Notes: generated from the letters alone by a model not told the origin. DNA of 32,000 nucleotides from an uncultured archaeon (GCA_964648855.1 CAZYLT010000007.1:1-32000), one strand, 5' to 3'; positions 16,781 through 26,399 are shown, numbered from the stretch's first letter. Translations and numbers: made by a program.

Positions 16781-18136
16781 ATGGAAATTTTGGTTTCATT
16801 ATGTAAGCAAGATGCCTGTGATAGGGAATGCATAGAGGCGTGCAGAAGTATCCACAGCGAAGACGCTCCTCTTTCATTCTCCATTACCAAGGGATATCCT
16901 GTGATTAATGAAGCGAAATGCACCGAATGCCTGAGCTGCATCCGGTCATGTCCTCATGGTGCCATCACAAGCATTCACCAACGCGAGCAAGAAACGAGTG
17001 AGAAGAAAAGCTCGCGGACATCTGTAGCTCAGAAGAAACCCTATGAAGTAACAGAGGAATACTCCCGTTTTTCTGAATCCAGTATGATTTTTGCGAGGGT
17101 TAGAAATGACGCGAACTTTGAGTACTACGGAAAGGACGAGTGGTATGGCGCCGAGGCCATGATTGAAAGGAATATTGACGGATATGGGAGATTCGAACAT
17201 GAATTAGCTGTCGCTAACTGGCACCTGTATAATAAAAGAACACACATCACTGGAAGTCCCCAAGAAGCAACTGTAAAACCAACAAGAAATCGGTTAATAC
17301 AAGCAACGTCACAGACGCTAACTCTCGCCATCAAGCGCGCTGCACGATTTATAGGTGCAGATCTTGTGGGCATTGCTCAGCTTGATAGAAGATGGCTCTA
17401 TTCAGAAAATCGAAAAGGAAATCCGTATGAAATCCCTGAAGCCTTCGATCGTGCAATTGTTATGGCTATTGAAATGGACTATGACTCCATAGCCACATCT
17501 CCATCGTTCACCAGCTCAGCGGCTACTGCACTTGGCTACTCAAAGATGGCTTTTCTGGAAATTGAACTTCTAGCCTTCATTCGAAGACTTGGCTACTCAG
17601 CAATTTCCTGTGGCAACGATGTTGGTTTAAGCGTTCCATTAGCTATTGATGCTGGACTCGGAGGATATGGCAGGCATGGTCTTCTGATAACGAAAAAATA
17701 CGGTCCAAGGGTCAGACTTGCAAAGGTACTCACCGATATGCCCTTAGAGCCCGACCAACCGGACACCAAATTTGTGCAGTCTGTCTTAAGATTCTGTGAA
17801 GTGTGTGAGAAGTGTGCAGTCCACTGTCCTTCGCAATCAATTCCATTTGGACCTGAAAGGACCATGAGAGGGAAAACCAAATCAAACAATCCCGGGGTCA
17901 AGAAATGGTATATCAACCCGGAAACATGCTATGGTTTTTGGGTTGAAAACGGCTCTGAATGTTCCAATTGCCTTCGTTCCTGTCCGTATAACAAAGAAGA
18001 TGGCATATTACACAGGGTAATCCTTTGGTTTGTAGAAAAGATGCCTTGGATGAATCGTTTGATTGTAAAGATGGATGATATTGTTGGTTATGGTAAACAG
18101 AAGCCCCCTTCAGCCCCCTGGAGCAAATATGACTAA
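16781..18136 (+). CDS. rdhA: reductive dehalogenase-like (RdhA) protein with an extra N-terminal 2x[4Fe-4S] domain
   Basis: AARFIGADLVGIA, AIDAGLGGYGRHGLLIT..YGPRVRLAKVLTDMPL, FCxxCxxCxxxCP and C..FW......CxxCxxxCPY. No RRxFxK Tat motif. Start placed at MEILVSLC. Confidence 0.82.
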   Translation: MEILVSLCKQDACDRECIEACRSIHSEDAPLSFSITKGYPVINEAKCTECLSCIRSCPHGAITSIHQREQETSEKKSSRTSVAQKKPYEVTEEYSRFSESSMIFARVRNDANFEYYGKDEWYGAEAMIERNIDGYGRFEHELAVANWHLYNKRTHITGSPQEATVKPTRNRLIQATSQTLTLAIKRAARFIGADLVGIAQLDRRWLYSENRKGNPYEIPEAFDRAIVMAIEMDYDSIATSPSFTSSAATALGYSKMAFLEIELLAFIRRLGYSAISCGNDVGLSVPLAIDAGLGGYGRHGLLITKKYGPRVRLAKVLTDMPLEPDQPDTKFVQSVLRFCEVCEKCAVHCPSQSIPFGPERTMRGKTKSNNPGVKKWYINPETCYGFWVENGSECSNCLRSCPYNKEDGILHRVILWFVEKMPWMNRLIVKMDDIVGYGKQKPPSAPWSKYD

Positions 18137-18155
18137 ACCTCATAAATAGCAACTA

Positions 18156-18168
18156 CGAAATTTATATA
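18156..18168 (+). promoter_or_regulatory. archaeal BRE-TATA promoter upstream of the histidine kinase
   Basis: CGAAA-TTTATATA is a canonical BRE plus TATA arrangement. Confidence 0.55.
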
Positions 18169-18293
18169 GTATATGTCATTGGTAAATATCTGTCGTATAT
18201 CCCCGTGATTAGTCAGCAAATCAGCTCTCACGGCATCAGCAGGTTGGGTCGGGAATTCCATAGTCCTGGTCATTATCATCGGAGATAGAGTGA

Positions 18294-19748
18294 ATGAATT
18301 CGGGAGATCAGAAATCGAGGAACAGCGCTTATTCAACTAATACGGCTCTGAAGTTGGGTGAAGTAAGAGTTACACAACAAATACTCGAACATCTTATGAA
18401 ACATAGCCACGAGGCTATAATGATAGTAAACGAAGACTATCAGATCGAATACATCAATCAAGTTGCGAAGGACGTTCTTGGAAGGCCTGCTGAAGGATAT
18501 ATTGGGCGTGATTTCCGAGATTTCCTTGAGAAAGATGTCGCTTCCCGAGTTTCACAAAAATACAAGAAACGTCAAAGCGGTGATATTGGTCCTGGGGCTT
18601 ATCGTATCGAGGTCACTCGAGTTGGCGGCGAAAAAGCTAACCTCAATCTCATGGCATCAGTTGCCTCGACAGAGTCGCAAGGAAAAAAGACAATCTTGCA
18701 CATTCTAGATATAACGCAACAGATTACTGATAAGAAGGCTTTGGAACAGAGTGAAGAAAAATATCGGACACTCGTTGAAACAATGAATGACGGGCTATCA
18801 ATAGATGATAAAAATGGTCGTATCGTTTATGCAAACAAAGCCTTCTGTGAGATGCTGGAACGTGAGCCCAAGGAGATTATTGGACACGGCTGGGTAGAAT
18901 TCACCAGAGATAAAGATAACATATTTGTCGAAACCAAACGCGAGGAGCGTAAGGCTGGCATATCTGATCATTATGAGTTAAGATGGGAAACCAAATCGGG
19001 TAAATTGGTTCCGACCATTGTGTCAGCTATGCCCTACTTCTCTCCTGAAAATGAATTCCTTGGCACTTTTGCGGTAATCACTGACATTTCTCCTCAGAAG
19101 GAGGCGGAGGAATCGATTCAGTTCTATCTTGATTTGCTTACTCATGATATTGCAAATCAACTTCAGGTAATCATGACATCTTCAGGCCTTCTTGACGAGG
19201 AGCTCCCAGACTCTTACATTGAGGATGCACGTATGGATATCCAAGATGCGGTAGAGCGGTGTAATCGATTAATTACAAAAGTGAAGCGTGCCGGACAGCT
19301 GCGGCATTTACCTACTGCAAAAGTAGACCTCACAGAAGTGGTCGATGAGAAGGTTTCGATTGTGCGCCGCGTACACGGGGCTGATGTCAAAGTTGTTGGA
19401 CTTCCCGATAGGATCCATGTTCATGCTGATGCACTTCTGGGTGAGCTACTTTGGAATCTTCTAGAGAATGCTGCAAGACATAATCCTAAGGACGACCGGA
19501 AAATTTGGGTGGAAATAAAGCGATTGAGTGAAATGTTAGAGGTATCCATCGCTGATAACGGGCCTGGTATCAGTGATAGTCGGAAAAAAACCCTATTCGA
19601 TAAATCCAAACGCTCTGGCGGTGTGGGTCTAACTCTGGTTTCCCAAATGGCCACAAAATACGGTGGGCAACTTGAAGTCTTTGATCGTGTTCCAGGAGAG
19701 CCCAGTAAAGGAGCCAAGTTTGTGCTTAGACTCAGACTTGCTGAATGA
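18294..19748 (+). CDS. cytoplasmic PAS-PAS sensor histidine kinase
   Basis: Two PAS/PAC repeats ending in DIT and DIS, H-box THDIANQL, N-box NLLENA, G1 DNGPG and G2 GVGL; no TM segments. Confidence 0.92.
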   Translation: MNSGDQKSRNSAYSTNTALKLGEVRVTQQILEHLMKHSHEAIMIVNEDYQIEYINQVAKDVLGRPAEGYIGRDFRDFLEKDVASRVSQKYKKRQSGDIGPGAYRIEVTRVGGEKANLNLMASVASTESQGKKTILHILDITQQITDKKALEQSEEKYRTLVETMNDGLSIDDKNGRIVYANKAFCEMLEREPKEIIGHGWVEFTRDKDNIFVETKREERKAGISDHYELRWETKSGKLVPTIVSAMPYFSPENEFLGTFAVITDISPQKEAEESIQFYLDLLTHDIANQLQVIMTSSGLLDEELPDSYIEDARMDIQDAVERCNRLITKVKRAGQLRHLPTAKVDLTEVVDEKVSIVRRVHGADVKVVGLPDRIHVHADALLGELLWNLLENAARHNPKDDRKIWVEIKRLSEMLEVSIADNGPGISDSRKKTLFDKSKRSGGVGLTLVSQMATKYGGQLEVFDRVPGEPSKGAKFVLRLRLAE

Positions 19749-19753
19749 AGTTC

Positions 19754-20047
19754 CTAATCGGCCTTTCTTTCGATTCGTTCGTATAAGCCTTCGTAGAAGT
19801 CTTTCTTCTTTGTCTTTCCTTTGTTAATACTGAAGAAACTGGTATCTATTTTGTAGAGCTTCCTCTTCAGTTTCTTGTAACTCGGCATCCCATTCTCATC
19901 AATCATTTTGTCAAATACATTAGAAACCGCTTCTGGAAAGTCATCAATGTATTCGCAGCGGTTAATTTGAATGTGGAAGAGAGTGCTCCTTAGAATATCA
20001 TCTTTTGTTACGCTTAATTCCGCCATTTCTGGTCCCATTATTGCCAA
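19754..20047 (-). CDS. hypothetical protein (charged, 97 aa or shorter)
   Basis: Plausible composition; fills the gap between genes, with an AT-rich promoter-like region upstream. Confidence 0.6.
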   Translation of the reverse strand: MAIMGPEMAELSVTKDDILRSTLFHIQINRCEYIDDFPEAVSNVFDKMIDENGMPSYKKLKRKLYKIDTSFFSINKGKTKKKDFYEGLYERIERKAD

Positions 20048-20205
20048 ATGAATTTAAATTAATAAGCATTCTAGTAAAATCATTCGAATAAATATCATAT
20101 CATATATACTATGACGGCGATATTCAACGAATCGCGGTATACATGGTTCAATATCGATGGAGATTTATTGCGGTATGAAGGAGGAATAGACTAGAAGATG
20201 AGCAA

Positions 20206-20904
20206 GTGATGAGAATCGCTTCAATCATTGATGTAAGTCTTGTTGATGTCCCTGGCATTCCTGTTACGGTCATCTTTACGGCTGGATGTAACTTTGATTG
20301 CCCATACTGTCAAAATGCAAACATAATTCCCCTCGATTCTGGAACGGAAATGTCTGTTCTCGAGGTAGTTTCCGGCGCGAGTGGCTACCTAGTGGATGGC
20401 TACTGCATAACCGGTGGAGAACCTACAATTCAAAAGGAATTGCCTGACCTCCTTAAGGCGCTGAGCAAAACAGGGGACTTTCATATCAATCTAAACTCTC
20501 AGGGGTCCGTTCCATCGGTGCTTGAGGAGTGCATTCCATACCTCGATTCAGTTTGGCTTGACGTAAAGGCTTCGCCTTCGAGATATGAAGAGGTCTGTAG
20601 AACAAAACATAACTCTTGGCCCAATGTAAAGAAATCAATCGAGATGCTAGTAAAATCCGATGTCGAACTGTGGCCAAGAACTACTTATGCACAGAATCTA
20701 CTAAGCCCCCAGGATATTGCAGACATTATAGATAACCTTGAACAGATAGGATTTGAAGGGCGCTACGTTATTCAAGACTATGTACCATCATCTGGGGTTC
20801 GAGAAGGGGAAGCACCAACTCTGGAACGCCCCAAGAAGGAGGACCTAGCAGAGATCGTGAGTACCCAATCTGGGAAAATTGAAGTGGACCTACAGTTTCG
20901 CTAA
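20206..20904 (+). CDS. radical SAM glycyl-radical activating enzyme, anaerobic RNR activase (NrdG)-like
   Basis: SLVDVPG, FTAGCNFDCPYCQN (CxxxCxxC), ITGGEPT, LDVK and RTT. Confidence 0.82.
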   Translation: MMRIASIIDVSLVDVPGIPVTVIFTAGCNFDCPYCQNANIIPLDSGTEMSVLEVVSGASGYLVDGYCITGGEPTIQKELPDLLKALSKTGDFHINLNSQGSVPSVLEECIPYLDSVWLDVKASPSRYEEVCRTKHNSWPNVKKSIEMLVKSDVELWPRTTYAQNLLSPQDIADIIDNLEQIGFEGRYVIQDYVPSSGVREGEAPTLERPKKEDLAEIVSTQSGKIEVDLQFR

Positions 20905-20952
20905 TCGGTGGCTATTTGCCTTGAATCGACCATATCTATGCCAGTTGAATAC

Positions 20953-20961
20953 TTTTATAAA
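20953..20961 (+). promoter_or_regulatory. putative TATA box for psmA
   Basis: TTTTATAAA about 70 bp upstream of the ATG at 21031. Confidence 0.5.
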
Positions 20962-21030
20962 CTGGCTTCATGTGTCGTTCTACTGACCATATCGTTTTCG
21001 GGTCCCATAATTGCAGAGAGTAGAGTTATC

Positions 21031-21768
21031 ATGTTTCCAAATCAATCGATGGGCTACGACAGAGCTATCACGGTTTTCAGTCCTGAGGGTCGTTTGTACC
21101 AAGTTGAATATGCGACAGAGGCTGTTAGGCATGGTCCTTTGGCAGTTGGAGTAAAGGCAACAAACGGTGTGGTGCTCGCAGGAGAGAAGCGAACTCCAAA
21201 CAAGCTCATTGACCTTTCAACTCTCAAGAAGATTCTCTTGATTGATGATCATGTTGGTACTGCTATTGCAGGACTACACGCTGATGCTCGCAAGCTTATT
21301 GACCAAGCTCGAGTGAGATCTCAGGTAAATCGACTATCATATGACGAGCCCATCTCTATTCAATCCCTAGTGGTTGATATCTGCGATACAAAACAGATGC
21401 ATACCCAGTACGGTGGAGTACGTCCCTTTGGTGTATCACTGCTTGTTGCAGGAGTTGATGATTTTGGTCCTCAATTGTATTCTACCGATCCATCAGGTTC
21501 ATTTTGGGGCTGGAAAGCACACGCGATTGGAAAGGATGCAGATATCGTAAGGGATTTCTTTGAGAAAGAACTCGCAGGCAAGAAGTTGCCGGATTTGGAT
21601 GGAGCGATTGACTTGGCACTTCGGGGCATTCGTCAATCTGAGGCTAGGTCCGAAGAGGAAGACGAAGAAGATGAAACCATTGACATAGGTGTGGTCGATG
21701 CTGAAGAAAAGCAATTCAGGATTCTCTCTCGTGATGAAGTCAAAGCATTGACATCCAAGAAGGAATAG
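21031..21768 (+). CDS. psmA: archaeal 20S proteasome alpha subunit
   Basis: GYDRAITVFSPEGRLYQVEYA signature, TQYGGVRPFGVSLL and TDPSG. The true start is MFPNQSMG at 21031. Confidence 0.97.
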   Translation: MFPNQSMGYDRAITVFSPEGRLYQVEYATEAVRHGPLAVGVKATNGVVLAGEKRTPNKLIDLSTLKKILLIDDHVGTAIAGLHADARKLIDQARVRSQVNRLSYDEPISIQSLVVDICDTKQMHTQYGGVRPFGVSLLVAGVDDFGPQLYSTDPSGSFWGWKAHAIGKDADIVRDFFEKELAGKKLPDLDGAIDLALRGIRQSEARSEEEDEEDETIDIGVVDAEEKQFRILSRDEVKALTSKKE

Positions 21769-21792
21769 AGCAGTCGGTTTATAGCATCTATT

Positions 21793-22128
21793 CTATTCAG
21801 TCTTCAAGAAACAGTGCAAGTGATTCGCTTTTCTCAGAGCGTTTCTAATCTCCAATGGTGTAGGGATTCCATCTAGAATACGGTCACACACCCGAACGGA
21901 GGGAAATGCGTAGACCGAATCGAATGGCATATTTTCGATTGGTCTTTCTTCAGGTATTTGTTTCACAATGTCTTCTGGGAGGCCCTCTGCTCTAAGAGCC
22001 TGCCTTACAATCACCTCAATAAACTGACACATATGACACTCTCTGCTGGAGTACACTGATATACATCCAATCCGCCCACAAGGAGCAGTGAAAGCGGGCG
22101 CATCGTTCTTGCCGTCGTATATGGTCAT
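21793..22128 (-). CDS. hypothetical Cys/His-containing protein
   Basis: CGRIGC...CHMC and a C-terminal HLHC; same strand as, and downstream of, the ATP-grasp ligase. Confidence 0.55.
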   Translation of the reverse strand: MTIYDGKNDAPAFTAPCGRIGCISVYSSRECHMCQFIEVIVRQALRAEGLPEDIVKQIPEERPIENMPFDSVYAFPSVRVCDRILDGIPTPLEIRNALRKANHLHCFLKTE

Positions 22129-22206
22129 CTGTTCTCGTGCGAGCCGCCTTCAGTTTATTAAAAAAGTGCCGGATTGGTGCAATCAATAAAAGAGCAAAGT
22201 ACAAAA

Positions 22207-23091
22207 TTATCGCTTAAATTTCTCGACGAGATGGTCGATTATCATATCGGCAACATCCAAGCCAGTCACTCTGGATAGCGCGCTCCATGAGGGGGAGGCG
22301 TTGGCCTCAATAACAACTGGTCCATTCTTTGATTCCAAGATATCTACGCCAGTATAGTCCAATTTGAGAACTTCTGCTGTCCGTATCGCACATTCTTCAT
22401 ATTCGGCTGAAAGAGTAGCTGCCTCTGCGCGACCTCCACCATGCACATTTGTTCGCCATTCGTCGTCATCGTCTTCAGGGAGGTATCTGTACATTGCGCC
22501 AACCAGCTCGCCGCCAATCACAAAGGCCCGGATATCTCTGTCAGGCTTATCTATCATCTGTTGAACATACAAGACCTGACCAAGCTGATGAACAAATTTC
22601 ATTGCTCTATAGGTGAGTTCCTCATGTTTGGCTCTGATTGATCCCAACCCTCTAGCTCCAATGAGCGGCTTGATGACGACATCTCCTACCTCCTCAACGA
22701 ATTCCATAGCTGCCTCAAGATTTTCTCCGATAAACGTTTTTGGAACTGCTATACCGTTTTTGTGTAAGGCAGTGAGAGTTGCGTACTTGTCCTTTGCCCG
22801 CCGGAACGAATATGCCGGATTCATGACATATATCCCAGCATCCTCGAACTGCTCAAGCAAGCTGATTCTGAATGTGATTTGGTCACCCGTACCAAATCCG
22901 ATTGTTCTAACAATAATGCCATCCATGTCGGTTACGTCATTATCAATATGGATGAATCTGTTTGGGATTTCAGCACCCATGTCGGCCAATCGAATTGGGA
23001 TTGCGTCATGACCTTTCTTTTTCATGGTTTCCAGTAAGCTAGCTGTAGCCCAGTTATTCACATTCTCGTGGTATGAAATCCCTAATCGCAT
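22207..23091 (-). CDS. RimK-family ATP-grasp alpha-L-glutamate ligase (MptN/CofF/LysX group)
   Basis: AKDKY, VPKT, VIKPLIGARG, RDIRAFVIG, WRTNVHGGG, GVDI and IEANASP. Start placed at MRLGISYH. Confidence 0.9.
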   Translation of the reverse strand: MRLGISYHENVNNWATASLLETMKKKGHDAIPIRLADMGAEIPNRFIHIDNDVTDMDGIIVRTIGFGTGDQITFRISLLEQFEDAGIYVMNPAYSFRRAKDKYATLTALHKNGIAVPKTFIGENLEAAMEFVEEVGDVVIKPLIGARGLGSIRAKHEELTYRAMKFVHQLGQVLYVQQMIDKPDRDIRAFVIGGELVGAMYRYLPEDDDDEWRTNVHGGGRAEAATLSAEYEECAIRTAEVLKLDYTGVDILESKNGPVVIEANASPSWSALSRVTGLDVADMIIDHLVEKFKR

Positions 23092-23229
23092 ATGATAGAA
23101 ACAACATTCAAGGATAAAAAACCGGTCATTTGGGTTATGCAAGTTGATGTATTCTCCCCTGCATCTGCAAGCGCAATAGATTTCGGTTTCAGAGTGTGCG
23201 TCACGTGGGCGCAATGTTTCTTCCAACAT

Positions 23230-23581
23230 ATGGACGAAACAGAGGATGTTTCAAAAGAGGATTCCAAGGGGTTTCTGATTATAGTGATTGTGCATGGCAT
23301 CATCTTAGTTGGAGGTGTAACAGCCTTCATGATTGATTCTATGAGGCCGAATGACACAGCTACAAAAACGACCCGTGTGGATGATTTATTGTAGATCGGA
23401 GCACAATCCTGCTTGGAACGTGAGTATTGATACTTACAAGGATGCACCTGATTTCCTCAGAATGCGATACTCACCAACTATTGAACCGATTGATGAAACA
23501 GGTATATTGAGATGTATTCATGAAGGAACGTGGTGCTGGTTTGAGATGCGTGATGCCCTAACGGAATTGATTGAACAGTAG
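23230..23581 (+). pseudogene. decayed membrane-anchored thioredoxin/TlpA-like gene
   Basis: One frame has an N-terminal TM helix (stop at 23394). A second frame has a TlpA-like C-terminus (WNVSIDT...RYSPT..IDETGILRCIHEG). No CxxC remains, and the gene lies directly upstream of a ccdA-like ORF. Confidence 0.5.
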
Positions 23582-23590
23582 GTTTTTCGA

Positions 23591-23992
23591 ATGCAGGAGC
23601 TCTTTGCCGTTCTTATCCAGTGGATCATTCAATTGGGAACTGTATTTGATGTGGGATTGTATATCGCAACTTCTCCTTGTCTTTTCCCACTACTTCCTCT
23701 CTTCTTGATTAGGAATCTTCAATCGGAATATGGCCGGACAAGGAGCATTCTAGTGACTGGCATCCTGACTGCTGGCATTCTTGCTTCGCTTGGCGCTTTC
23801 ACTCCGTATCTAGCCATCGCACTTGTTACTGGTGAGAGCAGGGATCGGCTTGCATCAAAGATGGCAGAATCTGCTCGAAGTGTCGAGATAGTAGTTGGGT
23901 GTCTTCTTATCGCTCTCAGCGTGTGGCTACTTCTCCTCCACTTTGGTTTCTACCTCTACCTGGGGGCAAGGGCGAGGATATGTTCAATATGA
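23591..23992 (+). pseudogene. internally deleted CcdA/DsbD-like thiol-disulfide transporter
   Basis: N-terminal TSPCLFPLLP motif and a C-terminal 'VEIVVG.LLI' helix, but only 133 aa and no second PC motif. Confidence 0.6.
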
Positions 23993-24205
23993 AGAAACGA
24001 CCATAAAAAGAGAGATATAGGAATAGCTTTACTCAACTGAAACGCTTACAGGCATCTATTCTCATTTGCAACAGAACTCGCTCGTATCGGTTTTCCACAA
24101 AAATACTAATCTCCAAGCCCCTCGTCGAATGTCTGGAAGGTGTCGCTTTACGAAAGCGCCGTTTTTAATGAATGTTCGAAAACAATCAAATAACGAAGGG
24201 GATAT

Positions 24206-24215
24206 GTTTTAAAAC
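24206..24215 (+). promoter_or_regulatory. putative TATA box (palindromic GTTTTAAAAC) for a near-leaderless transcript
   Basis: Lies about 25 bp upstream of the ATG at 24238. Confidence 0.4.
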
Positions 24216-24237
24216 CTTAATACTAGTATGAATAAGT

Positions 24238-24525
24238 ATGCCCTATGGATCGAAACCCTTTGCGAAAATGGTTGGATTGCTAGTTGAAAAATACGGCATG
24301 GCGCCTTCTGGGGCAGAGAAGCTTGTCGCCAAGAGCTCAGAGCCAATCCTGACGGTGAGAGAACAGATTCATTTCCAGCAAGAATTCAAACGGCTCTCAG
24401 AGGAAATGAATCCCAGTGAAGCAAGAGTTGAAGCGCTGAAACGAGTGATCAATAGCAGTGGAGTCTGGCATACTGTGACTGATGAGGCTCATAGATATCA
24501 GCTGGGTCTGCGTTTGACGAGCTAA
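24238..24525 (+). CDS. hypothetical helical protein, 95 aa
   Basis: Plausible composition and a correctly spaced TATA box. Confidence 0.65.
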   Translation: MPYGSKPFAKMVGLLVEKYGMAPSGAEKLVAKSSEPILTVREQIHFQQEFKRLSEEMNPSEARVEALKRVINSSGVWHTVTDEAHRYQLGLRLTS

Positions 24526-24878
24526 TCAACTAGTAGTTTCCACCGAATGAAACCTCTACTAAATGAGGGCTAAGATATGGTTCTTAGCTGATGTCTTGAA
24601 TGATTTTTTATTAGGATTAGTAGATGAGCCATGTGATGAGCTTCATTTCATTGCAACATATCCATTTCCAAATCAAAATGATTGTGTGTGATGATCCGAC
24701 CGCATTATTCTTTTCTGCGTTTCAATTCAGCTTTCCTAATTTCGGCAGGCGAAATACCGGTGCGTGTATTGAAGGACTATTTCCGCTGTCAGAATTTTGC
24801 GTTCTTCACATTTTACCAAACAGATTTATCTCGCCGATTATTAATCAGGCACTAATCCGTATAAAGAGCTGAACAAAG

Positions 24879-26321
24879 ATGGCAGAAGAAGGAAACGGCT
24901 ATATCCCCGGAAACAAAGTGGCATTTGGATTTGGCGCATTGTCGGACAGCGTTGCGTATCAAGTCTTCACATTTCTTGTCTTCACGTTCTACTATGGCGT
25001 ACTTGGAATCGACATAAACCTAGTTACTCTGGGATTTGTGACTTGGAGTGTCTGGAATGCAATTAATGACCCCTTAGCAGGGCTGATTTCTGACAAAACA
25101 AAGACTCGGTGGGGACGACGAGTTCCCTATGTAGGCTTGACATTTCTTCCGTTGAGTCTACTCATGATTGTTTTGTGGACTCCGCCTGTGGGGAGCTTAT
25201 TGTGGTCGTTCATCTATTTCGTCATCATCATCATGATCTTTGATACGGTGTATACTTTCAACAGCCTAAATCTGACTTCTCTCTTCCCGGAGATGTACCT
25301 GACAGAACCGGAACGTGCCTCGGCAAACAATATTCGTCAGATTTTCCTCATACTGGGGCTTCTGATTGCCTTTCTAGTTCCGACGCTTCTTATATCTGAT
25401 TTATCCGCCAAAGATGTGGCCGCAGATATTGTGATGGCCGAATATCAGCAGGCGGGCATGATTCTTGCAGTAATCGTAGCTGTGGGTTATCTCATAACTC
25501 TGAAATGGGGTGTTTCAGAGAGACGCGAGTTCAAGGAGGATTGGTTGGACGTCCCAAGCTGGAGTGATGCATTCAAGCATACTCTCGGTAACCGCACATT
25601 CCATGTGTTTCTTGTTGTAAACACCTGCAACTGGTATGTATTTGGTCTCATACCTACCATCATCCCGCTCTATGGCCAGTTTGTGCTGGGAATCGGGGCA
25701 GGAGAGTCAATTTTTCTGGGGATTCTCTTGGCTGCAGCTTTCATATCAGGAGGGGTCTTCATGGCTCTCTGGAAACATGTGGTAAATAGATGGGGTAACT
25801 TGCGCAAGGCTTGGATAGCCAGCATGGCTCTTTGGATTGCCGCATTGGTTCCTCTGTTTTTTGTCGGAGATGTCACAATCGCACTTATTGCATTTGCACT
25901 GAATGGGATAGGGCTCTCTGGCAGTCTTTATCTCAAAGACCTTGTAATTGCTGATATTATTGATGAGGATGAAGTCAAGACTGGTGTAAGGAGAGAGGGC
26001 GCTTACTTCGGAGTCAACGCCCTTGTCATGAGACTCGCAGTTATCATGGTCTTCTTAAGCATAAATCTCGTGTTCAATAGCGTAGGCTGGAGGGTCTTCA
26101 CGCCTGAAACTGCCACAATGGAAACCCTCACAGGTCTGAAACTACTAATGGGCGTATTTCCATCGATAGCACTTCTAATTGGCATTTTTGCCATGTCCCG
26201 ATATACCTTGGTGGGCGAGCGGCTAAGCAAGATCAAGGATGAGAGGGACAGTATCCATGATGGCAAGAAAGAGAAGCTACAGTATCCGCGTGAGGAGATG
26301 CTAGAGGAAACTCAAGAATAG
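24879..26321 (+). CDS. MFS glycoside-pentoside-hexuronide (GPH/MelB-like) transporter
   Basis: NAINDPLAG..SDKTKTRWGRRVPY, ER, and DIIDEDE..TG.RREGAYFG; about 12 TM. Confidence 0.92.
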   Translation: MAEEGNGYIPGNKVAFGFGALSDSVAYQVFTFLVFTFYYGVLGIDINLVTLGFVTWSVWNAINDPLAGLISDKTKTRWGRRVPYVGLTFLPLSLLMIVLWTPPVGSLLWSFIYFVIIIMIFDTVYTFNSLNLTSLFPEMYLTEPERASANNIRQIFLILGLLIAFLVPTLLISDLSAKDVAADIVMAEYQQAGMILAVIVAVGYLITLKWGVSERREFKEDWLDVPSWSDAFKHTLGNRTFHVFLVVNTCNWYVFGLIPTIIPLYGQFVLGIGAGESIFLGILLAAAFISGGVFMALWKHVVNRWGNLRKAWIASMALWIAALVPLFFVGDVTIALIAFALNGIGLSGSLYLKDLVIADIIDEDEVKTGVRREGAYFGVNALVMRLAVIMVFLSINLVFNSVGWRVFTPETATMETLTGLKLLMGVFPSIALLIGIFAMSRYTLVGERLSKIKDERDSIHDGKKEKLQYPREEMLEETQE

Positions 26322-26399
26322 CAGAGCTGCCACCTTTAGTTGAAGTGGGGGCGGTACAATTAGGTTTGCCTCTTCTGTCATAAATATTCGCGACTTGAT

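Noticed and set aside
20908-21030. Hydrophobic N-terminal extension on the proteasome alpha subunit
   Set aside because: A longest-ORF artefact. The region contains the TATA box, and the conserved N-terminus begins at 21031.
26326-26354. Hairpin terminator between convergent genes
   Set aside because: The stem is imperfect and has no U-tract, so support is insufficient.
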